Positions 27,367 to 39,831 of a stretch of DNA of 64,000 nt are shown here, one piece after another. The DNA comes from Phallusia mammillata (taxonomy: Eukaryota). The stretch covers positions 30,690,001 through 30,754,000 of the forward strand of contig OZ281494.1 in assembly GCA_965637545.1 (NCBI GenBank). Direction: 5' to 3'. Position 1 is the stretch's first letter. Every line of letters begins with the position of its first letter. The position numbers were made by a program, and so were the translations under genes. A model generated the notes under the pieces. That model searched no databases. It worked only from the letters and a program-made list of their open reading frames with translations, and was not told the DNA's origin.

Positions 27367-30300
27367 ATGGATGATCATTCATTGGGAAAGTCTGGGAAGA
27401 ATTTTGCCAATGGAGCAAAAGATTTACAGGATCACAGCCCTGGAAAATGGTTCACCAACTGGGAAGAACAATGTCTTTTAGAGGTGTGTATTTCACCTTG
27501 TTTCAGCCATTTTTTGTGCCAAAGTGTATTTTTTTTACAAGCAAATTGCAGCAAATGTTGTCAATGAAAACACAATTCATAGGGAAGTAACTTTTAAACT
27601 TGCACAACAAAAATTGTTTTTTAATTTTAGTTGCAATTTCTTAATTGTAATGTTATATAACACATTAACTAACAGTTGTGTTTACTTTGTTAAAACTGCA
27701 CATAGAATGTTTTTTTTGTTTCTTTTTCATATCTTCCTACATGTTTAACAAAGTAGGAAGAAGACTAGTAATATTTTTATGCCATATTCAGGCTGATAGC
27801 GAGCCCTCATCTGAAACAAAATATGCAACCGAAACAACAGAATTGGAACAGAAGCTTTGGCTGTCCTTTCAAAACACTGCCTCTGCAATTGCACAACTGT
27901 ATAAAGGTCAGTAATGCATTACATAAGCAGTCACTCATGTATTTAAAGCAGATACAAACCAAAAAATCTGCAATGTTGTTGCAATGTATCCAACGTTTTC
28001 ACCTCACATTCCATTTAAAAATTTTACTCTTTTAGCAATAAATGCAATACATTCTGTACTGTTTTAACAAATTAGAAAAAGTGAAAACATGTACCTAGAA
28101 CAGTATGTATTTAACAACAACATAACTTGCAGAAACACAATTTTCAGTATATTACGGATAAAATGAATACTGATACACTTGGTTTGTCACATTTAGCTGT
28201 TTAAAAGTTTAACCCTGTTTTTGGTTTTAGATCGTGCCCAAGGCAGAGATGAACTATGGGTGTCTTTTCAAAGTGCAGCCGAATATGCCACCAATATGTA
28301 TAGAGGTAAATTGACTAATTTGAGGTTGTAAAAATGATTTTAATGTAATAACTTTGGAACTGTGTTAACTTGCTAGTGAAATGTGTAACAATTTGACTGC
28401 TTATGTTGTCTGTAATAGGGTGATAACTGTTTCTGTACATTTATACATATTGTTTTATGATAGTTAATAAGGCACTTTTCACAGGTTTGGTATGTTTTGT
28501 AGATCTTAGACCCTTAGTGATTGCAATAAGATTGTACTTTTAAAAAACTCACTGAACAGGATGTTCAAAGCAAAAAATGAAACTTCAGTGCTGCAGCTAA
28601 ATTGTTTCTTTACTTTTCACTTCTAGATGGATTAGATGGCTCAAAAAGTATTTGTGAGCGAGCAATACAATGTGGCTACAGCAGAAGAAATAAAGAAATG
28701 CTTTCTTGGGCGAAGAAAAAGCGACGACACATTAGGTAAGCGTAAAATTTTTTATTCTCCATGTTGTTTTTATGATTTGAGTGAAAACAAAAAAATGTTC
28801 ACTAACAATTGATGCTTGAAGGACAATTGTTTCATTGAAAATGAATTGTGTTTCAGGAGAGAAGACTTAATAGGATATTTATGTGGACGGTCTCCACCCC
28901 ATCGGTCGTCACGACCCAGCTCGTCGCATTCAAAGTCACAAGATGGCAGCAGAGAAAATCGACTTCAAACATTTCATGATGCTGTTTCTATGAACGGTAG
29001 GTAGCATTACTGATGTTTAAATAGAAAGTGTTTTTGAAACCATTTAAAAGTATAAAAAAGATCAGGCCTGAAAATGAATTTTGGTGCTGCAAAACAGTAA
29101 ATACTTTGATTGAGAAAGTTTTGAAGTTTTGTCCTCACTTCAAAAAGTTCACAGCTTAAGGTTCCTTCTGTTATGTTCAAATGGAATTTATAAACACATT
29201 TAAAAGTAGAAGACCAGGCTTGCAAGGCAGTAACCACGGCATTTGAGATGCTGGTTTCTAGACAGTTTTGTCCATTTTTCATAAAACTCTTTGGCATTTG
29301 TGTTTTGTAAGGTACAATAGTCTATTGAGCATTCCAGTTTGTTGCGTAATAAGACGTGCAACCAAGTAAAACAACTTTCTGTGGAGAATAGCCAGATGCA
29401 TATTTAGATAACCAGGGATTGGTGAAGGTTCAAGGTGTGGTTTCAAAGAAATAATGGGCCCTTTGATATACAGCCTCCAGGCATGCATGTTGGTCTGTGA
29501 ATGTTGGTAATTTGTCAATTGTGAAAAAAACGAAGAAAACCACACCTGTCGCACTTTTTGCAAGATTTGAAAATGTGAAAGGTTGTTTTTAATTGTGTGT
29601 TGCAACAATCTTTTTTGCTGATACAGTGAAATTAAAAATGCTTCTCTTGTGTATTTGAGTATTAAACATAATAAGCATATGTTAAATAGCTTGTTGTTAT
29701 TAAATAATAATAAAAAGCTAATTAACTGTTCAATAGTGATTATAATGGCAAAAAATAATTTATGTTGTTTTACATGTGAAATTTCTTTTCATGAACTGCA
29801 TTTTAACTGTTTTGTAAAAATGCATGTAGTTTTATGTCAGCAATTTTTCTTTCGTAAAATTGTTAAGAAAAGGATTGTATTTTTGTAACGACATAATCAG
29901 CATATGCTTTATGTATGTTACAGGGTTGAATGGTGCAATGGCAGATATCAGTTTTGGAGGTGACTCACCATTGCGACAAAATTCTTCTGCTGCAAGAGCT
30001 TGCCAACAAGGTTTTGTTTTTTCATTGTTGGCAGCATTTTAGAACACTGCCCAGGTTACAATGTGGGAGCATTAACAATTAGGCAACTTGATTCTGAATC
30101 CAGACAATAACAATAAAATTTACAAGTATATGGAGTAGTTATAAAACTTTGTGTGCTACAAAGCTATCATCGGTATGTCACCTTTTTTTAGTTTTGGCCC
30201 ATCCCTACTATGTTGTGTCAGATTTCATGTTGCTAACACGGCAAAAACTTGCACAAAGACAACTTTTGCTTTTATTTATCTTTGCCACATCACAAAAGTG

Positions 30301-30464
30301 CTATTCCTTTTGTTTCAGGTTTTCATCCTGATTTAACAACATTTCTGTCAGAAGAATTTCAACGACGGAATTTAACAGCAGGGGCACGGTCAAATTCCCC
30401 TTCACGAAAGCGAGGGGCAACAGCACAAGATGCTAAACCTTCTTCACCTAAGCGTAGGAAATAA
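27367..30464 (+). CDS. HAPSTR1: HUWE1-associated protein modifying stress responses (C16orf72), 262 aa
   Basis: Exons 27367-27483, 27792-27906, 28231-28305, 28627-28735, 28857-28996, 29924-30010, 30319-30464 in phase. Motifs WFTNWEEQCL, QKLWLSFQNTASAIAQLYKDR, LWVSFQSAAEYATNMY, WAKKKRRHIRREDLIGYLCG and DLTTFLSEE match the human protein. Confidence 0.93.
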
Positions 30465-30698
30465 AACTCAACTTCGAAAAAAATGTGTACATACCTTTTT
30501 TTGTGCTTTTATTTAAACATGTGTGCCGGCTGGAACCAGCTGTTCGTACAGTTCGCATGCACATTTTGCATCCTGCAACTTTTTTATTTTATGACAAAAA
30601 ATATTGTTTTTGTGTTTCGACCCCAAAATTACAAACGTTGTGATATCAATGCTGTTGTATTTTATAACAATAACATTTGATTGTGAAATAGTTAAAAC

Positions 30699-30895
30699 CA
30701 GTGATTCCCTTGCCTTTGACATATGGTTAGTAAAAGACACTTTAGCTATGTGAATATGACCTGTGAAGTTGATAAAAGACCCAATTTTAAAAGATCTGTG
30801 CATAGTTTAGCTTTCACTATGTACTTTATTAGGGAGGAATGAAAATGGTTTGGATTGTTAAGGAAGGAATTCACCTAAAAGGTTGGGAACTACTG
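30699..30895. mobile_element. hAT-type MITE (family also at about 49763-50002, 54058-54265, 57921-58239)
   Basis: Degenerate TIR CAGTGATTCCC / GGGAACTACTG; shares the internal TGTGAAGTTGATAAA...GGTTTAG...ACTATG block with the 49.8 kb and 54.1 kb copies. Confidence 0.75.
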
Positions 30896-32669
30896 ATTTA
30901 AACTTTTTGGGCTTGATACTTAATACAGCACGAAGTTAACGAATTTTCCTAAAACCAGGGGTGCCTAGCATAAGCACTGTGGTGACGGTATTTTCCTATG
31001 CCAAAATGCATCGCATTGAATAGGTCTGTTTAAGATTGGCATGTGGTTTTTGGTGTCGCAAATCTGCTGGAACTGAACCTCTATATCTCAGTCAAACCCT
31101 TAAAATCATGATCAAAATTTTTCAAACTGGTGTTTTACCTGTTAGTGCTGTAGAATTACTCTTTTTTTCTCCTGAACTGCCAATTGAATTTGTCAAAATT
31201 TGGGTGTGGCATCTACATTGTAATTCAAGAAAACTTAAAACACATTTCTGACTTATCATACGTACATTTCATTTTCTTAAAAGCCCGAAATGAATGACAA
31301 TTCAACTGTATTACTACTGGATATTTTTGACATAGAACCTTACACCATTATATTTGTGCCTCATAGTATTGCTTGGACTGCCATACGTTAAACAATAGTA
31401 TCATCAGACTATTTAAAACAACAACAATGTGTTTTTGATGCATGTTTGTGTTTTTGCAAAACAAAGTGTTTCTTCATTAATAAGTGTGTAACAGATGTTT
31501 TAGTCTACCATGTATTGAGTATCGGTAGCTCAGGTATGTTGCCAGATATTGATGCAGTAATTTAGGAAGCTTCTAGTTTATGCTATATTCATAAACTAAG
31601 TGGCAAAATTGCAGCAAAGTGAATGCCAACCATTATACATAACTACCAAGCGAAGAAAACTGTACAAATAAATTAGCACACATTTTTCATGCAGGGTTGC
31701 ATAGTCGGATGATGTAAAGTTTGACTCATAATTCTTTGTTCCAGTAGAATGCAGACTCCTAACCATGATTCTAACCCCTTGGGGTTCCCATTTTGGTTTA
31801 TATATATGATAAAAAGTATTAGGCATGGGTCAAAATTTTCTGTTTGCACCGAACATCTTGTGCTAATGTTCAGCTGAATACACTCGATGCATTGTGACGA
31901 CACAAACATTCCCATTTCCATGCTGCGTTTGCAGCTTTCCAATTCCCCTTCTAGCTTATATCACCAGCAGCATATCAGGCTATACAGGCCCCAAAAGTAT
32001 CTTTAAAGGGCAAACCTTCTAATGTGCTCAAGCCAACTGGACAATGCACCTTGGACTGTAAGAGTCCGATAAAAAGTCTGGCTCCTTGCACGTTTCACTA
32101 TGACTCTCTTTCTACCAAGAAACAGAATTGTTCTCTAGTATCTCAAAATACTAACATTGAACCATAGGTTTATTCCCAATTAAACAAACACATACAAAGC
32201 GTGAACTTTTTATAGCAAAACAAAACAAAAAATGCCAATTGGAGCAACTAGAATTTGAGTGACAAATATAACATGAAGTACTACATCAAAAACAGTCGGC
32301 TAAAGTGAAGAACAAAAATAGAATAAACATTTTAGGCTGCAAATTACTTTGTTGGAACACCAACTGGAAATTGGCACTTTTCAGGATCCTTGCTTTTTTT
32401 AAATAGGTGTGAAGACATTTGAATTCAATTTTTGTGGCAAAGCAGGTAGAAATAGTTCTGGTGCATTTGACATCTTCGAAGTCATATTTCAAACAGTACC
32501 AAAAATTCACAGCATTGCACAAGAGCCTGCAAATGAAAACCATTTGTTAATAGATAGCAGATTACAACAATATCTATAAACTGCAAATTTTATTCAGCTT
32601 TGACATTGTGAAAAATTGTTTAAATGCTGGGGTTCAAGGGTCGAACCTAGCAGTTCATACAGGATACAC

Positions 32670-33192
32670 CAGGGGCCGCCAACCTTTACCACTCTGATCA
32701 ATTTCACATAGTAAAAAAAATGCTGGGAGCCACAAAGCCGTTTGCAATTTCAAATGAAATGCCACTTTTTTGTCTCCAGCATTTTGACTTTTTGTTGTTG
32801 GTTTCTTGCATATTAGGCACACATACTTAACCGGTCTCGTCAGCAGTAAAAGCAAATGAAGCGCTCCACGTAGCATTGAATGTTTTGTTTTCTTCAGACG
32901 CTGATTTTTTGTTTTATGCGTATTGTAAGCCAGATATTAACAAATTGAAACGTGCCGTCAGTTTGCCTCTTTTAAAATTTACGTTTCATGGTATAGACGC
33001 GGTTAATTGTAGCTACTAAGAGCGGGTTTGCTCATGTTATTGCACGACAATTTTTGGTATTTTCGACATTTGTGTAGAGCATAATCGTCACAGAATGTGT
33101 ATTCAAAACATTTGATAATTTCAAAAACTGAGCCGCATCAAAGGGATCAAACAGCCGCATGCGACTCCGGAGCTGCGGGTTGGCGACATCTG
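32670..33192. mobile_element. hAT-type MITE
   Basis: TIRs CAGGGGCCGCCAACC / GGTTGGCGACATCTG; perfect TSD GGATACAC. Confidence 0.88.
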
Positions 33193-33604
33193 GGATACAC
33201 CAAGTTGGTCTCTTTATTTATGGTAAAAATATGGCAGTTTATGATCACATAACTATCATTATATAAAACAAAAACTGCCAGAGAACTTGACGTGGAAACA
33301 GTCTATTCTAGACTTTCAATATTCATTGTTTGTTTGTTTCATTTTTATCCTCCATTAAGCCTGTTAAATCTTTTTTCTCAGGCAGTTGGCAACTTCAGTT
33401 TAATCCAACCTATCGCAACCACTGGGTTGGAGCAACGACCGATATAGGATTAGAATGCACAATCTTGTTAACACAAGGTGGCTATGCCAACATTTAGGCC
33501 ATCTTGACAGTATGTTAAGTGTTCCCAACACATATCAGTCAAAATGTATTTGCAGCAAATTACCTGTGCTGCTTGTTTATGATTAAATGCTGAAAAATAC
33601 AGGC

Positions 33605-36526
33605 TCATTGCATTTGCAGGCTTCTTTCTATTGCTTCTCGCATCTCTGCATCCATACTATGTGCATCGCTATGGTGATGACCAATGGCCTCGTTGGAATG
33701 CCTCATTAGTTCTTGTAGTGTAGACCAACTGGCAGATTGGCTCCAGTGAGTGGCTAAATCGTTATCATGATTGCGGACAGCATCAAGAAGAATGCCCATC
33801 TCATCCTGTTAAATAGTTCGAAGCTTAAGGTTTTGTGCAAGTAATGGTATACGCCAAACAAAAGAAATATTTTTACAAGTTGGAATTGTGATATTATTCA
33901 CACACTTTTTGCTTGCATAACTTGCAAGTGCTGTGTGTTAAATGAGTCCAGACATTATGCACAGACTATTTTTTTAAAACAAAAACAACAATGGGTTGGT
34001 TAATAAGGGAAACCAAGTTTTGCATCTTTCATCTGCACTTTCTAGAAACTGGGAAGCAGCCCTAAATTATTCATACACTACTAGCGAAACCCTACAATAT
34101 ATATAGCTGTAAGTTCAAGAAGGTGTAATTTCAAGGTTTGCATCAATAGCTTTAGTTAATTATATCGTCACTGAATACATTTCACAAACAGCAAAAGTGT
34201 AACAAAATTTAAAATTGACCAAACTTAAAAAATGAGCATGCCAAAAAGTTGTGGGAATCTTGCAAGGCTGCTCAGTGTGTTCGCATTTGGGCAAAAAGGC
34301 AAGAAAATTTATTTAAACAACAGTTATTTAAAAATTTGCAAGAAAAAGCAGACTATTCTTGAAATTTGCAAACAGTGTACTTTTATGTCCTTACCTTTAG
34401 AGAAATAGTGTCATTAGTAGCCAAATAGACTAAGACATGAAAATCGGACAATGCATCTACAAATTTGTCAGCAGGGAATTGACTGAGGTATTTTGAAAGA
34501 GCTGACAATGACTGTACTTGGCCAACAGCATCACGATTGCAGGCGGGAAATTCAGAAATACTGTTACTGCAAGTAAACTGGGATTCTCTGGAAAATGCTG
34601 TAGGGACCTGAAGAAAATTGACGAGAGCTTTTGTTTCAATATATTTTGAGTAAATCCAGACTCTTTCAAGAAACATACACAAACAGAAGGTTATAGCCAT
34701 TAAAAAGATAAATATTCAGGAGACTACTTGCCATGCAGAACCTGATAATTTTTTATGATTCACCATGGCTTTTCCAGACGTTAGCAGCAATTATCTATAC
34801 TATAGAATACCATTTTAGTTAATCAGCATTTTACCCATTTCTCAAACAGTGTTGTTTTTACTTACATCCAGTAGAAGATATTCAAGAGGTAGAGGTCGAG
34901 CCAATTTAGTGACTTCATTTCCATAATCATCCTTTTCTTTGTAATATACATCAGCTACAAAAAGTTCTGGCGAGCTTTCTCGTACATAACCCAACTCAGG
35001 GGCATCGATCGTTGGAATTAAACAATCATCAGCAACCAATGACATGCCCTGATTGGAAACCTTAATACAAACATTAAGGAGAGGTTTGTATTTTCATCGC
35101 CAAAGGTCTAATCACTTTAGTCATGATATTTTTGTTGGAACAAAACAAATGTTCAGTGAACCTCAGTTAAACCGGATTTGTTTATTCCAGATCTTTACCT
35201 TATTCAGACAAAACTTGAGGTACAAACGGTTTGTAATATGGTAAGGCTTTAACTAATCTACATCGGTTAATCTATATCTTCGCCTAATGCGGACATTTTG
35301 TTTTGGTCTAAACCGGTCAGGATTAACCGAGGTTTACTCTATACACTTTCCAAATTATTTAAGTGAGAAACTTGCAGTTGAATAGATAAAGCTTTGACAA
35401 AAAAATATGATTTAGAAAACTTATAGTATTGGCGCAAACATACCTGGTAGCCTTCGAATGAAATTTGATAGTCTTTGTCTCCCGAAACTACAACAGTTGT
35501 AAATTTTGACCCATATTTTCCATTTGATGCCAGTCTACAAGAATTCAGATGTTTGTTTTGCAGATAAGCAGCTGTTATGCATTCCTCGGCTGTCAAGAAA
35601 TGTGTTTCAGAGTTCCGGAAATTCTTGACAGTTCCTTTGCTACGGTCCTGCGCTATTAAGTCTGTTATGATCCAACCAACTTTTACGAGACCCAATTTGG
35701 TAGCTATTTCATCCACAACAATTTGCATCGGATCGTCATGAAATTGCAACGAGTTTACCGAACTGTCTTGAGGAGGCTCGTAAATTGCACATACTTCTGC
35801 TTTTATGCCAAGTGGGACCTCTGAATGTTGTGTATATCTACCATAAAGGTAGCCCATTCTTTGATGCCCTGATACACGCCAGAAATTGAGAAACCTGTCC
35901 ACTATATCCCGATTTTCAAACATAATATTGTCAATGTGTCGGTATTTTTGCCGATTTAGCGTCACTGCTGATGGAAGGTCAACCACAGAGTGCTTGGTCC
36001 CATTTGTACTCATTTTACAGGCAGCACGGAAGTTTTCTAGTTTAAAATACTTTCCTTTGTCAACCCCGGCCGTTTGCTGCCTCATATATGCATGGAATGA
36101 CATAAATTTAATTTCTTTTCCCTTCAGGTAAAGTTCATCCCAGGGCTCTGTTGGTAGGTCATCAATCTTAAAAATTCCAGCAGCACTTTTGCTTTGTTTT
36201 ATTCGACCATCCTCCTTCCATAATTGTAAGTCAATTGGGTCTTCAACCACATTCTGTGACTCCTGTGACTGAGAAGAGCTGGGCCGAGAGGAGGCTCCAT
36301 TTGAAGAAACCAAATAGAGCATATCGCCATGGTTCAATTTTGCTGCTTTTAACTTTTGTCTTACATTTTTTAAAAGGCCTTTTTTGTTGCGATCTTGGTA
36401 AAGCTGCCAGGAAGAATCTTTCAGCTGAAACATATCCTCCACTCTTTTGAACAGAGTCGCAACAGTGTCATTGTTTGATAGTTCAATTCGCTTTGTTCCA
36501 TCACTTGATTGAATTCTTATAATCAT
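33605..36526 (-). CDS. NPLOC4: Nuclear protein localization 4 (p97/Cdc48 cofactor), 563 aa, atypical domain content
   Basis: Exons 36526-35444, 35060-34866, 34607-34395, 33805-33605, all phase 0. UBXL start MIIRIQSSDGTKRI...LNHGDMLYL; core motifs MSFHAY, TLNRQKYRHIDNIMFEN, GYLYGRY, AIYEPPQ, VGWIITDL, FGSKF-like YGSKFTTVV, FEGYQVSNQ, ARPLPLEYL, DFHVLVYL. Confidence 0.95.
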
Positions 36527-38161
36527 TTTGTCTGTCAACTCTAGTCCTACACAAAAAAAGTTAAAATTTACAGAGGTCTTCTGGCAATTGTACTTTTATA
36601 CCAACGTTTCGTTGTCCTATATAGGTCGCATTCATCAGAGTAGGTAACACTGAATGTGCATTGCACAGTGCACGATAACAAGTTTACGATTTGTAGCATA
36701 TTTGTATGGGTGAATACGGATTGTAGACACAGAGTAAGCAGATGAAAAGAATCACGTTCGCTGGGATCCTTGCAATATTTTTTCTTGTAATATGCACAAA
36801 TTTAGGATTTTGACGTATAATTCGCAAAAAATGTTGTTCGCGCAATTTCTTTTTTATTACATAGCACAATTAATTTATGTGTCGTCACAGAACATAATCC
36901 ACGAAAATCGGTCAAGCGCATCAGAACCTTACGTTTGTCACGCTTGAAATGACATTTTAAAGTCGAACGTTGTCATTTAGGGAGGTAATCCGGCTTGGCA
37001 CAAAAAAGTTCCTTCAATACATATTTTTCTCTGACACCTAGTTACCGACAATTTAGGACTTTTCAACAAAGTTTGCCCAAGAAAATCAGCGCAAAATTTT
37101 GAGTCGTTATGAAAATAAAAAGGTATACGCTTAGGCAAAAACGCTACGTGCGCAATGGAGCGAAGCTAGTAAAAAATCGTTGTGTTAAAGTTTAATTATT
37201 CCTTATGTAGTAGACTCGCAGTCTTGCGGGAGTAACATACAAATTGCTATAATCGTTAAATCTACCTGTCAATCAAAAGTTAATCCTCCGCGCAAACAAA
37301 AAACTTTCTAAGTACAGTTACAAATACAGAGAAGCGAATTAAGCGAAATACAAACACACAAAACACGACAATATACATAAATACCTTCGGATATTACACA
37401 ATACATTTTAACCTGTAACGTACATGATACAAGTTAAAACACTCACTATCATCAAGATAATATTTCAAAGCAAAATCCAAATAGCATGACAAAAATCTTC
37501 CCACACTACCCACAGCCTTTAAACATAAAAATCATAGACTTCCGTAATATTTCTATAAAGCATACTCTTTTTTCTTATTAGAGCTAAATTTTGCAAAACA
37601 AAATAATATATTTTTTGCTAAAACTCATAATATACGATAAGATCGACACAGGGGCCGGTCCAACCGAGTTCTGGAGGGTTTGGACTTCAGTTTAAAGAAA
37701 AACTCGTCTTCGGGTCTCGTCTGACTTTACACTGGTGCTAATTTTTGTCGTAACTTTACCTTGGTAAGTCAAAATATTGGACCTAATTTGGGCTTTATTT
37801 TAACAACGCTTCTAGTTTGGATCGGTCTTGTACACAGGAGCAATGTAACGAATCTGAACCAAAACCAGTTTCTTTTGACGTTGATTCATTGACTTGATGT
37901 TCAGTGTGGTGACAAACATTTAGCATACTTGTGGACAATGTGAATTATTTCATAAACGTCAAGGTCTCTATTTGAGAAAATAATTCTAATTGTAAAGTAA
38001 AGTCAACGGCTAATTAAAAACGTTTACATTAAAAATATAACAAACTGGTTTGATTCTAAACAATATCACACAAGCATCGTGTTGGTCGACATAATTTTAT
38101 TGACACAAAGTACATGTAACAAGCCATGGCACAGGCGTGATGATTTCGTTGTCTCCTTGTA

Positions 38162-38794
38162 TCCTAAAAGAGGCCCAAAACAACACGTTATTTCATTAGG
38201 TAATTGGAGTACTTTTCCAACTCAACACGACTTACATGCTGTTTTGGTTTCACAGCAGGACTTGGATTTGCAGCAACCACCACTACTGTCCTGTTGAGTC
38301 ACAGAGCATTTACAATCTTTGCATTTACATTGGCCGGGTGTACAAGCACATTGGCCAGTTTCTGAAAGCATTCACGACAATGTTACAAACGGACCTTCAA
38401 AAATAAACAATGCGCCCCCAAATTGGCCCCTAAACTATTTATGCACTTAACTTCAAAAAGTTTGTACAGTGTGCAACAACAAATGTTCGCACACGAGTAA
38501 ATTTGGCCACATGTATTCAAGACATTGTGGGATTCAGCCGGTTCGCACCGGTTCTATAGAACCGTCTCAACCACTTTTATGAGATCAGCGAACCGTTTAG
38601 CATTACTGGTTATTGTCAATAGACTTTTTGTAACAGAACCGACTGAAAAATATGACTTTTGTGATAAAACAGGCTGACAAAAATTTGAATCCCACCACTG
38701 ATCCAAGATATGTGATTAACTTGCAACAAGTTAAACTCCGCATAGACGTAGAGCGTCAAATCTTACCTGAACATTTGCAGCTCGCAGGATCCAT
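38162..38794 (-). CDS. MT: Metallothionein (51 aa, 12 Cys if intron 2 is spliced; 55 aa, 14 Cys if retained)
   Basis: Exon 38794-38767 (MDPASCKCS) joins 38361-38236 in phase to give MDPASCKCSETGQCACTPGQCKCKDCKCSVTQQDSSGGCCKSKSCCETKTA. A GTAAGT donor at 38235 and TTTTAG acceptor at 38164 create T|GA. AATAAA at 38096-38101. CxC/CC pattern with no aromatic residues. Confidence 0.9.
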
Positions 38795-38894
38795 CTTAAC
38801 AATCTTTTGTCTCTTCAATATGTAACAACAGTACTGTGCCTCAGTCCCATAGTATGAATAAAATATACACAAGATGTAAGGAATCTGGGGTGCA
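38411..38894. promoter_or_regulatory. Three metal-response-element core matches (TGCRCNC) at the MT gene
   Basis: TGCGCCC 38411-38417 (+), TGCACAC 38469-38475 (-), TGCACCC 38888-38894 (-). Two lie in intron 1 and one about 100 bp upstream of the ATG. Confidence 0.5.
38523..38700. mobile_element. MITE copy inside MT intron 1
   Basis: Reverse-complement match to 4252-4430, ending GAATCCCACCACTG. Confidence 0.85.
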
Positions 38895-39005
38895 CAATGA
38901 CGCGTCGATTTCAGGATGTCAGTCGTGATATCACTGGCTTCCGTCCCCAACGATGTGTGTTGGTTACTTACGAAGCTTGTGCAGGACTCAAATCATGGTT
39001 TAGTA

Positions 39006-39831
39006 CAGCGGTTCTTCACCTTTTTTTGTCCACGCCCCCCTAAGGTATTTGTCGGGCACTTTACGCCCCCCTGAAACAGGCAAAAAACGACAGTTTTTTC
39101 GAATACTTGCAGCAATAGAACTACCAGAAGTTTCCCTTGCCTATGTTGTAAATCAGGTATCATTTAATTACAGGCCTGGGGCGTTAACGATTGTGCAAAC
39201 ATGCAGAATACATTTTAGTAACAATTTTGCCTGGTCTAACAGGATTGCATAAGTATCATCCAAAAGCAGTTTGTTACGTCACAGACAAAGCAAATAATAG
39301 TAATTGTTTGCGAACAATTGCCTTTTTAGTTCTTTGTGGTAGATAAACGTACAATAGTTGGTATGTGACACTTCTATATTTTGCATAATTTTACAATTAA
39401 ACAGCGGCACAATCTGAATACAAATTAGATCGTGGGAAGACATGAACCCTTTGCGGTCTCGTCAAAGTCGCCTCGCGAGATCCAGTTTGGGAAAGTCTGC
39501 GTCAGGGCTTGTAACCCATGCGGCTTTTGAGCGTGATTAATAAAATTATCCGGCCCGCAGTTAAAAAACTTGGTGACCCCTGTTTTAAACTGACAAACTG
39601 AAAACTTTGTCACGGATGTCAATATTCAAAATTTGTCTTACGCCATAAGGTAATGCATTATAATATTCGTTTGTTTTAAAAACGTATGTGCTCACAAACA
39701 ATACATTACACTTGCAAAATTAATTTTAGGGGGAGGTGAGTGTACAGTTAAATATTTTTTTATTTAACTTTTGGCTCACGCCCCCCTTGGAAATGTCTGG
39801 CGCCGCCCTAGGGCGAATTTGCAAAACATTG
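39006..39831. mobile_element. Composite hAT-MITE remnants between MT and SDR42E1-like
   Basis: Starts CAGCGGTTCTTCACC. Shares blocks with 45288-46238 (TTACGTCACAGACAAA...AACAATTGCCTT; CAGGGGTCACCAA inverted). No clear TSD, so the ends are approximate. Confidence 0.55.

Noticed and set aside
32348-32526. Cys-containing exon-like segment downstream of NPL4, considered as an alternative NZF exon
   Set aside because: No NZF motif. Phase-0 splicing from NPL4 exon 3 gives ALVQCCEFLVLFEI*, and I found no consistent partner exons for the open frame.
35339-36538. 399-aa ORF as a complete intronless gene
   Set aside because: It starts at TTG and runs into an intron after the GTATGT donor at 35443; NPL4 homology continues in three further exons.
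37640-37930. GC-richer patch between NPL4 and MT
   Set aside because: All frames are interrupted within about 45 codons; no recognisable homology or consistent splice pair.
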